From Lingula anatina (taxonomy: Eukaryota; Animalia; Brachiopoda), in contig CM120642.1 of assembly GCA_051362555.1 (NCBI GenBank), positions 1,922,001 through 1,986,000 of the forward strand: a stretch of DNA of 64,000 bases. Direction: 5' to 3'. The notes under the pieces are model-generated. The model saw only the letters and a program-made list of their open reading frames with translations, was not told the origin of the DNA and made no database searches. Position 1 is the first letter of the stretch. Every line of letters begins with the position of its first letter. Position numbers and translations under genes: made by a program. Of this stretch, positions 40,097 to 51,156 are shown piece by piece.

Positions 40097-41574
40097 TGCG
40101 GGAATTCAATACCTATTCTCTCGGGTGTGTGAGGGGGCTATGATATACTTTATTGACGATTTGCAATTTAGGTTAACTTCATATGAGGTTACTTTAACAA
40201 CTGCGAGTCAGGGTAAAACGATCGTGTTGACACTACAAATTAACACCGGATTTGTGAAAAGAAGCTAAATCACGTTTGGAATAATGACTGTTACAAGTGA
40301 TAAAATACCGACTGAAGATTTCTTTTGGAATTACTGCACCGTCAGTCTCCCGTTTCAAGTTCACACCCACAGTCGTGCACACGCATGGACGCGCACGCGC
40401 ACGAATCGCGAATATTTGTTGAAATGGCACGATGTCGTCAACAAACAGTGCATGGAATCTGTTCATCTTGACATGAAGGGACTTGATCTATGACCTATGA
40501 CGTGACTATTTCTGCAGCCGTAATATAGGTTACACTAATACAGGGTTACTTTTACAATGTAAAATCGAACCGTGCTCGCATTAATAGGTCTACTTCAAAT
40601 AGAAGCCTTAGCATATGTGGAAGTTATTATTACAAATGTCAAAAAATACCACATGGAAATTTCTTTTGGAGTTCTTTATCTGTCCGTCTTAAGATGTGGT
40701 GTAGGGCTCTCTCGAGGGCCGGATGATCCCATTTTTACAGAGAATTTATCATCGATACTTGAAAAAAAAAACATGCATGAACTCAGATTTCTTATGTTGC
40801 TGTTATGTGCCCATTCAGAACAAGTTGATCCACGAACTTACTGATCCGCGAATCAAATAAGGCCGACCCAGTTAAAAACAATGTTGCATAATCCCCTCAT
40901 GGACTCCCCACCTCCCACACGCCCCGTCCTTGCAGGGACACAGGGCACAATTGGTTATTGTGCTGATATTTGTCTTGTTCTCTACGCCTGATAATGGAAG
41001 TACGTGGTATTTATTTCCATGGGCTGATGTTGTTTATCAGCAATAGCCGAGACCCAAGTAGTGGCTAAGATAATCGTTGGGATGGGGGCCCCTGTGGGCG
41101 ATCACCAGTTGAATTCACAGTGTGGCGAAGTGCGGGGAAATGCAATGGTTGTGCCCAGGGGCGGATCCAGTTTTATTTGAAGGGGGGTCCGCAGATGCGA
41201 CGCCGACCCCCCCCCCCCCCCCCCCCTTGGCGTGGGTATTTTAGAGGGCGAACGGTGCAATTTGGTACGGTTTAGAACTATGATTCGGCTAGTCAAAATT
41301 CTAATTTCAAGAGGAGACCAGAAATCGAAGGGGGAGGGGGGTCAGTGGTTGCTATAAACAAGAAAAAAATAAAAAAAAGAGAGGCCAGGCATATTCCTCA
41401 AATAATTTGTCTAGTTAGAGTATGCTGGAGCTTCCGTTATACGATAAAGCATACTACTATGCGGGTTACAGATTTATTCTTAAGCATTTTAAAAGTATAC
41501 TGGTGGTTTTGAGAGTAAAGTGTTAGCTGGCCTTTAAATCCTTTGATCTCCTAATATACAAAAGATACTACTGC

Positions 41575-44500
41575 TCATTTCCCATATATATCATTTTCAG
41601 TCATCTCTATTTCGTCAATGGTATCGTCTGGATTTCCTTCATGCTGCTGACGATACTTCTTCTTTTTTGCCATATCTACTTTTCCATAAAGTTGGGAAAT
41701 GTCGTCTTCACTTAAAGCGCTGTCAGTGACTTTATTGCCATTGTCATTGTCGCTGGACGGAGGCTCACGCCCCATGCCTTTGGTAGCATCTAGTGACGTA
41801 AAGTGAGGCACGTTGACGTCATCCATAGTAGAGTAGGTGCCAAAACTTCGCCCGAAATCTGCGTTTAAATCTGCTCCATCATCGCGGTCAATACTTGCGT
41901 AAGTTCCGCTTCCTATCATGTTGCTGTTTCTGTCTGAAACTCTGTGCCCAGCATCGACGCCATTTGTGCCTCCTACCACGATGTTTTCATTCGTGACGTT
42001 ATCAATTTCAGCAGATCCTGTTTGTGCTTGTCCGCCATGTTTTGCCTGTTTTGAATCGTAAGCCGCCCTAGTTACCAATCCCTTGTAATAAGGACGAGTT
42101 TCTCTTTTCGGTGTCTGGGAATCCAGACCGTCTTCTGTCGCAACATGATCATAGTAAGACCCAGCTGCCTCGTCGGTATACTGAACAGAGGCCTTGGTGA
42201 TATGTGTATTAGTCTTTCTTTTCCTGAATTAAATGAGATATTGTAAAACACCTCCTTAGACCAAAGAGAATGAGAAGTTTAATTGTGTTAAAATGTTATC
42301 TAAACATATGACATTTGAAACTGTTATAAATCATGCCTCTATGCTGCCAATGGAATTATTTTAAAAAATAACACAGAAGTCATGTTATAAGAATAAGACC
42401 GACAGGTCCTATCAAAATTCACGCCAAACGAATTGCAAAGATTCGATGGTAATATTAAACTGACTTCAGTCTGATTACTGGAATTATAACATGCACAGGT
42501 AATCCTTGAGACAAATGGGCTCTCTTACCTCCTCCTCCACCAAAAGCCGACGCCAACAGTTACCAAGATGATCACTAATGAACATCCGACAGCAATACCT
42601 GCTATAGTCCCTGAAGTAAATATATAAACTACCTGCACTTTCAATTTTATTTACCAGAGGTGAAAATAAAAGCTAAAAGTAAACATTCAGTTTGCTCGAG
42701 TCAATTTTCTGTTGATAAAGTTTTATTATCTAGATACTCGTCTGTATGCACCACTGAGGGTCTGCAGTGACATAGGTAATATTTGTTTTTATGGTGAGCT
42801 ATCCATTTGCTGTGTTATTTTGATAATCAATCATAAAATTTTCGCATCATGCAACAATCGTATTATAAAATGCTTTCAGTTTTATTATGATAAAGATCGG
42901 AAAAATTAATGCCTTTATAAATACTCTAGGTCTTATCAGGAGTCATTGGTTTAACTGTATACCTACCACTAGTATAGGGCACTTCAGTACCTAAAATAGG
43001 AAAGGAGCATTTAAAACATGAGGCATTGGGTGTTATGGGATGTTCATATATCAGGTGTACAAAAGGATGTGAGATTTTCAGTTATAACTCTTGGTTTAAT
43101 ATGTTATCTGCACATGTCCTTGCACGCTGAAAGCAGTATTTAAATATCCCATGTAAACTCTTTTTATGACAACACTAATAATTTGTAAAGCTGTATGTCG
43201 TGTTTATACCACCAGTACTTCTAACACTACTGTTATAATATAATAGGTTAATAAACAGCTATCAAAATATACGGGTTAAGAAGTGTGATGGGTTAATGAT
43301 TAATATGTTTTATTGAGAAAGTTAATAAAATAAGTGCAAAGATTAAAAAAAAGATAGAAAGAAAGTGCACGCAATCTTTTGGCAAAGCCTCTTTTAGATG
43401 GCACACGTTCGATAAGCATTATTATTATTAGTGGTGGTAGTAATTGAATGAAATTTAAAAATATTAAGAGAGAAATAGCAAACAAAACTGTGGAAGTCTT
43501 AAAAAGATATAGACATGGTACTGATCAAGGGCTGTATATTCATTAAGTTCGGGAGATCTTCTGATGAAAATTATTATTATTATTCTCATTTTTTTTATTA
43601 TTCTTTTATTTATTATTCTCATTCTGTATTTTAGTTAGACTAGCGCTATAGTCATAGCTTGGAACAAAAATTAATGGGAAAAGCGAGGGAGAATACTTTT
43701 ACACGTAGTTGGCGATGCATGTGGTAAAATGTGACAAAGGCGTGAATGTAATTAAATAGCCTCACGTATGTCAGTACCTTCCCTCACAGTGCCTGTCTCA
43801 GAGACTGCTGACGTCACATTTACGTCATCGGTCTTAGAAGTGGGGGTAACTGAAGGGCCACCTGTAAGACAGGATACAAACCATTTTAGAAAAAGGACCT
43901 ACTTAATTTTACAAATGACGTCTATTGTTTTACTTTATAGTGTCAATGTTGAAACAAAATTTAATTAGAGATAAAAAGCCGAACACGCTAGTACCTGTTA
44001 TTGTTGTATTATCTGTTACTGAAGGATTTACTGTCACGATCTTGGTGGTAGACCTACTTGTCATGGGTGCATCTATAAAAGTCAAGTGGTAAAAAGTTCT
44101 CAAAAAGAGGCTGCTTAAGGAAGCGGAATTCACAACTCTTTCAAGGATCAATAGATAGGTTTTAAACTTGAAACACTTAGCGGATTTGGTCAGTGTTTTA
44201 TTCATTAAAATGATTATAGAGGCAAGAATACGAGTCAGATCCTCACCCTCTATCACAAACATGTACCGTAGTAGGGTAATGGTTGTCATGAAGGGACTTA
44301 AGTAGCATAGCAAGGTAATTTGTGCGAAGGTTGACCCTGTACGTATGTATGTATGTATATGTAGTGGGAATTGAAAAACGTTGAACCAATATCAATAAGA
44401 TATGAATTTTTCAAATTCAGTTCAATTCATTTTTGTCTTTCTTTACCCGATGTAACCGCAGGACTTCCTTCAGCGGACGTTGAAGTTGACCAAGTTGTTG

Positions 44501-46763
44501 TTTCTGTAATGAAAAGTGTTGAGATATAGGTCTAAAATCAGAATGCTTTAAAACTAAGGAAATTTCTTACTCACATTAAATACACATGTTCGTTTGCGTC
44601 ACTGCATCAGTTCTGCAAGATAACTAATTGCCAGAAAAGAGCAAGCTTCCTTTATCTTTTCTTGAGTGTTTCGATAAAGTTTCTTTTGTTTTCTCGTTGT
44701 ATCAAAAACATTCTCCGAGATCGTGAATGAATATTTTCAACATGTATTCAGATACAGACTGGCTCACCTAGTGGATATTCACAGATATATGGAAGTGACT
44801 CGCTGCAATCTTTCATCACCCAGCTTCTGGTGACATCACTTGCATTCCCTTCCAGTGCAAGACACGTTGGTCCTTTCTTTACTGGTGGATACATCTGTCT
44901 CCAAAACATCAGGTTAATGGGGTCATCTGTAATAATGTCACATAAATTTTCATCCATATATATTATCCTTATAAAACACTGAAATTTGCAAATCGCTTAA
45001 AGGTGAACTTTTAAAAGTAACGAAAAAAGAACTAGAAAAGCACTCAAAGAGAGCAACCTCCACCAAAACAACTAACTAATTATTAAATTCATTAATGGAT
45101 CAACACCAAAATCTAATCACTTCTTTCTCAGACCATTTCTGAGCTATCTTGAAAAGTTTATGAGATTGACCCAGTTGTCCAGTTGTCACTTATCACGAAA
45201 AGTTTAATTATTTGATAAATAATCAATATATAAATGGATCATCACCAAAATTTACTTATTTCCTTCCTGGCCCATTTGTGACCTATCTTGCAAATTTTAC
45301 CAAAATTCGTCCATTACTTTTTGATTAAAGCTCTCTCAGACAAACAAACCAACAAAAAGTAACAAAAACAACCTCCTTGAAGGAGGAAATGATTGACGAC
45401 ACTTCAATATTCGCATAGCCTGTTGAATTCTTCGAAATAATTTCTACCAGACCTCATTATATTTGTTTTTAGAAGATAATTTGTATGAAAAAACTTGAAA
45501 TCAATCCAATAAAATATAATGTCTTTAAAGAGAAGATTATTCGTCCACTTTCATTAATCCATTTAGTAGCGCCGCAATGATATCCCTAACACTTCCCTTA
45601 CCGTCCACCCATCTCCATACACTGTGAACCAATCCGATCCAATAATACTGTGGCCCACTATTATTGTTTAGCCTATTATTCAACTGATTCTGTATTGTGC
45701 CGTTGTCTATCTTCAGAAGTTTTCCTCCAGCTTCTTTGCATAACCTATGACCTTCAAACCAGGTGGCTGTTTCAGTTGGTTGTTGTAAACTGATGAAAAC
45801 ACATACATCGTCCTTTATGTCTGTCCACCTGCTGTTGTTCTGAACCCAGTGGAAACTATGATCACCTTTACATACTTGGCTTTTCAGGTCTGGAAATGTA
45901 GGACTTAGTCTTAGAATATTTGCACTTTTAATAAACAAACATAATTTTAACGTAAAATGTGAATAAAATTAATAAAGTTGATATAAGAACATAAGGATGT
46001 AATAATACGCATCTCTCATATGCTTTTTCAGTCTACTTTTTTCTTGTGTTATTCAGTAAGACATTTCATGTTCGGCTACCTACGTGGACTTGAAATGGCA
46101 GTTTCCTTTTCAATCATGATTTAAATATCCTATGACGACAGTTTTACCTGCTTCACATATGACACCGGAGCTCTCTGTCTGTAAGTATTCTCTGTCCACC
46201 CATGGAAAAGTGTCTTGGGTGTTATTAACCCTCATTAGAGCTACTGCAGGCTGGTACTTAAGTCCGTTATTGGTATCTGGTTGTTGTCCTACAGGTATAT
46301 TAGGATGTGACTTTGGCCCGCCCCAGTTGGTATATGTTGTTGCTGAAAAAGAGATGGGTTTGAAGACTGTCGCTACAACAGATATTCGTGGCGGTGGGAG
46401 GAGATTACTTGATCCCTGATGAGGTTACACCTAAATACATGCAAAGCGTGTGAAGTGTGTACATGGGGCTGTGGAAAGAGAGAAAGAGAGAGGTATTTTA
46501 AAATTAGTTGTCTATACATTATTTTACATACCGGTTAACGCCCCCTTCTGGTCTATCCACATCCAGTCTGTTAAATTCACCTCCTTGCCGCCCAGCCAGA
46601 CCTCTGACGTTGCCATTTTATGTAGAAATATTTGAGTGTCTCTGTCCCTGATGACAGCCAGTCTACCGTTGCATGTATTCTTACAATGTTCCATGGCGCT
46701 CTGGGACTCTAATTTTTTAGTGTTCACAAAGTAACATGTACCGTTACGACAACCTGAAAGACA

Positions 46764-46817
<54 letters not shown>

Positions 46818-48166
46818 CTCGGCATATGTAGCTTAAGGCTAATATAAAAATAAATCTGAATATCAAAAATAATTTTTGCTTAGAATGTTTTTTTTTTTTT
46901 TTGAAGCCAAATTTCTGCTGTCCGTTATGTATTATTGCAAATGAAATTGAGACGAATTTGCACAAAACTTACTGTTCCATTTCAAAATAATATATGTTTG
47001 ACGCCGGAAAAACGCAAAACGTGTTAAGTTCACCCACAGTTTGTAAATTGACTATACGCGCAAGTATTTACCTCAAATATATACAGTATATCGTTATCTA
47101 TAAACCTTTCACGCTTCAAGCAATTTTGCGGCATTTTTAATGTAGGCTGTCATTGCGGAATTATAAAAGTGAAAGTATATCACTGACTCAAAAAATGACT
47201 TACGTTACTTTAATCTGGAGACATGATATCCAGCAAAAACATAGACATTGTAGGTGTCAGAAAAGGCAACCCCACAAACGAAATTTGAGCAAAATTGTTT
47301 GTAAATAATAACTTTTGCTGACTCGTCACATCACAGTTTTTAGGATGATGAGTCTTATTGAATATTTGATATATATTTTTTTTATCCCTAAGGCCATTAC
47401 ATTTAACGCAGGCAACAGTCTGTTACATTGTTATTGTTGTTAAAATTGTTAGGATAGTGGGGTTAAATAAAAGCGGCCTTGTTTGCAATCGAACAATCGA
47501 TATTCTTTGTTGTTATCTTTCTTATTGTGAATGGGACTATAAAAGTTTACGGTACACTGGGATGGAGGAGACATAAAAAAGGCACTTACTGCAATTATGT
47601 TCACTCTGTGAGATGTGGTATATGTGTTGTAGGTTTTATGGGTCCAGATTAGCAGTATTACTGCTCAGGTAAGGAGGTATTCATCTAGGCGTGGTACGTG
47701 GTTAGAATTGGAGTAGCTGTCACACGAATGGGTTAAACGTTCACATGAGAAGTAGAGTGCATTCGAAGACTCTTGTTTGACTAAAATACAACCCCACCCA
47801 CCCACGTGTACACCTTTGTGGCTGCTGTAGTTTCTTAGTTTGATATCAAATTGATGTACTTTGATATAAAATTAGTGATTATTTAAGAACGTTAATATTT
47901 AGGCCCTATACTCGCACCTTGTATCATGGTCACGTTAAAGCTCACACAATCAGCTGAGCACACGAGGTGTTAGGACACAAAAGAAAGAGTTATATACTCG
48001 TACAAGGTCCTCACTCCCATGTTACACCATAGTTCAATGTATTCTACTTACTGCTTCCTGTTACATTACAGCCCTGTACACTATCCAGGAGTGAGAGAAC
48101 GATCATCAGCACAGACAACATTGTTATTGTACAGCCAGCCATGTTACATAAAGTTACTCCTGCCAT
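41575..48166 (-). CDS. Two-CTLD type I receptor, copy 2 (last stalk exon has a mutated donor)
   Basis: Exons 48052-48166, 46532-46753, 46148-46342, 45602-45889, 44768-44926, 44447-44503, 43995-44072, 43766-43861, [42937-42990, donor ATAAGA instead of GT], 42529-42610 (TM), 41575-42223. Collinear with copy 1. Confidence 0.82.
45031..45390. mobile_element. Putative non-autonomous Helitron/Helentron-like insertion
   Basis: Copy-2-specific intron insert with ACCTCCACCAA near one end, a terminal hairpin CCTCCTTGAAGGAGG and internal repeated ATGGATCA.CACCAAAAT units. The family assignment is from recalled structure only. Confidence 0.45.
46766..46814. repeat. (TA)n microsatellite
   Basis: Pure AT dinucleotide run next to the copy 2 CTLD1 acceptor. 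Confidence 0.95.
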
Positions 48167-48711
48167 CTTGTGTCCGTCTACACCTGTATGTCAAGTCATG
48201 GTCCTCATGATTTTCTCTTCCGCCTTCCAACACTGACTCACTTAAATCAGGATAAACAGCAAGCATTACGTACTTTTCTTACTTCTCTTTTTGTGTATAT
48301 AAATGCAGAGCGAGTGGATAAAAGACTAACAAAACACCTCTGCGTACTTCCTTTATAGTGCGGGAATTCAATACCTATTCTCTCGGGTGTCGGAGGGGGC
48401 TATGATATACTTTATTGACGATTTGCAATTTAGGTTAACTTCATATGAGGTTACTTTAACAACTGCGAGTCAGGGTAAAGCGTTCGTGTTGACACTACAG
48501 ATTAACACCGGATCTGTGAAAAGAAGCTAAATCACGTTTGGAATTATGACTGTTACAAGTGATAAATTCCGACTGAAGATTTCTTTTGGAATTACTGCAC
48601 CGTCAGTCTCCCCTTTCAAGTTCACACCCACAGTCGTGCACACGCATGGACGCGCACGCGCACGAATCGCGAATATTTGTTGAAATGTCACGAAGTCGTC
48701 AACAAACAGTG

Positions 48712-49134
48712 TGTCCGGAACCGCGCAAATTTAGATACAAACGTAATTTAGAATTAAGCTCGAAATACGGACACCGTTGGACACTTTTAGTTAGGATAAC
48801 GCTCTAGTATGACCTTCCAGATTCGCGGTCGAAATCGTTACGTCTAAACGCTACAGAGGAAATCCACACTGACAAAAATGACCAGTTTCAATCGTTTAAT
48901 GTGAACTCGTTGCCTGCTCAGGTACATTCTGACTCTCTATTCAATATTACAACCTTTAGTACGTACTCCAGCCAATGGCTTCATACACTTCCTTATCACT
49001 GGCTTCTTAATGCGACAGGTAAACAAGCCCTACTCAGCCTCTTCAAAATTGACACAACGTATTATAGAGAATACAATAAAAGTTATGCCTTGAAATTATT
49101 GACATCGTCTATGAAATATTAAATGTCTCCGACA
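48712..49134 (-). repeat. 3' LTR
   Basis: Direct repeat of 55868-56290, adjacent to the PPT. Confidence 0.95.
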
Positions 49135-50589
49135 TATTCCTCCCTTTCCCAAACAAAGAAAAATGGAATATATATATGAAATTTTTCTTACTTTGTAGAC
49201 GTTCAAATAATTATACGGCCTTACTTAAAATGAGAATCTCAATTAAACCCTGCAAGCATTACCATGGAAACCCTATTTACCAGATTATTTTAATCTAATA
49301 ATAATAATAATAATGTACGCTACACACTAAGTATTATGCACTTTGCTATTAGCACCAGGAAAATTATAGTCATTAAAACAATACCAAGGAACATATTATA
49401 TGCATCAAAAAGTTAGCAATAGTAATAATAATAATAATTCTGAGCAAGCAACACCTTGAATAAGCAAATGTAAAACGGTGCTGAGAGCCGGCTGCGCCAG
49501 CCTCTCCCTATTTTTTTCTTTAGGAAGAGGGACATAGGTTTACCCAATTGCTCAGACAGCACAAAAAAAAACAAAAAATCGAGTTGTCTCTCGACCATTT
49601 GCTTTAATATTTCTTTCTTTTTAATATATGAGTCATTTGTTCTCTAGTTAGAGTCCATATATCTTGTGCGTAGCCAATGCGAAGTGACTACATCCACCAG
49701 TAAACCCAAACGATTCGTAGCCCACCATGACGATCGGAGCGCCGATGATAATAGCGTCGGAGAGTGAAGGCCGCCCGTGCGTTGTGTAGATTACAGACAA
49801 CTCCTAGGATGGAAAAGGGCGATGCCTCCATAGGTGGAACCCTCTCAGCTATCACTCCCCGCTGGTGTTAACATGTCGTAGACCACAAATCGAAGACGGC
49901 CCGGTAATGGTTGTAGCCGCGCCCTATTTGACACTGCTACGGAATTCGCTCTGAAACTGAAAGTACACTTAAAACGCAAAATGCGGATTTTCTGAAAAAG
50001 AATTCATGTTAATTGAAAAAAAATTGTTATAAGCGTTAATATTTTATCCTTTTACTCCGTCCACTGGGCTATGTGCTCTCTAGAAGAAAAAGAAAAATAT
50101 CATTAGGGTAGTATACGAAAATCATTATCTATCTACAATAATATTGGAAACCAAAATTACTTGTACATTTCCATGCTTCCTTGGGTCATGCGCTGTCTAC
50201 CAGAAAAATGAGAAAAAACATAAGTGCTATATCGAAAATAACCCTATATCCACATTAATTGTATCATAGTTCATAGAATCAAGTGACAAAAATATGGGGT
50301 ATGTATACCTGCCCTTGCTAGGTATGACATCACCCTCCTCATTCTTTATGAACACATTTTGAATCCAAATTTGAGCTCGCCATGTAAAGAAAAATAAATC
50401 TTTACAAACTAAATGAAATTCAATATCATTATATTTCAAGACTCCCAGTGGATTCTGCTCGTCTTGCTCGGCGTGGCTTCTTGGATGGTCACCTTAGTAG
50501 GCTCTTACTTTTTCTGAAAAATACAAGTTTTGCATGAAATTAGCGAATATAATTTCGTGGGATAACCCAAGTACCAGAAAAAAAAGAAA

Positions 50590-51138
50590 CAAAGAACACC
50601 TCACTAGGTAACTCCCTAGTATTATCATGAACATGTCGTTCTTGAACAACCTGGCGACACTGGTCAGCACTTTAGAATATGCCGATACCAAAAGGAACAT
50701 TAGCCGCCCATCCTACAAAGTCAAATAACCCTCGTAGTTTTGTCCGAGACGAATGTGCACCTTCGCTCGAACCGACTGGACCCGCCCTGGCCAAGGCTGG
50801 TACAGCCGTTTGAGAGTCATTTTACCTGCAGAAAGGGTTAAAGTTAACCGTTATCCCTTTCGCCCTTGTTCCCTGTCCACTGAGGTTATGTACACCTCCC
50901 TCAGTCTGTTCTACGTAATCCCGTGTTACTACGGCGATCCGTATCCATAGTCTACCCTGAGACTACCAGTCTCCTCTTAGACTACCAGCGGTTTCTCCTT
51001 GGTGACTTCTACCGTCCATACGGCCTTTGTCACCGCCAAAGAGCTGCCTCTGGGTCACTAGGACGCCATCAGGTAGCTGCTGCCACCCCCATTTCACCCT
51101 GGGGCTAAAATACCAAGCAATATGCTTAAAACCGCCAT
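50590..51138 (-). pseudogene. env: Decayed envelope (env, F-protein-like) gene remnant
   Basis: ATG just downstream of the pol stop gives signal-like MAVLSILLGILAPG*. Further fragments in shifting frames: LPDGVLVTQR, SLAVTKAVWTVEVTKEKP, and RTKLR-GLFDFVGWAANVPFGIGIF*SADQCRQVVQE. The last resembles the furin site plus fusion peptide (RxxR-GLxxFVG..LFG) of errantivirus/baculovirus F-type envelopes. Confidence 0.6.
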
Positions 51139-51156
51139 TTTTACTTACCCATGCTC

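Noticed and set aside
40100-40109. NF-kB-like GGGAATTCAA upstream of the receptor TATA box
   Set aside because: Lacks the terminal CC of the consensus; too weak to call.
48901-49122. 73-aa ORF repeated at 56057-56278, and the 186-aa plus ORF at 51122-51682
   Set aside because: The first is a chance ORF inside the LTRs; the second is antisense to the pol C-terminus.
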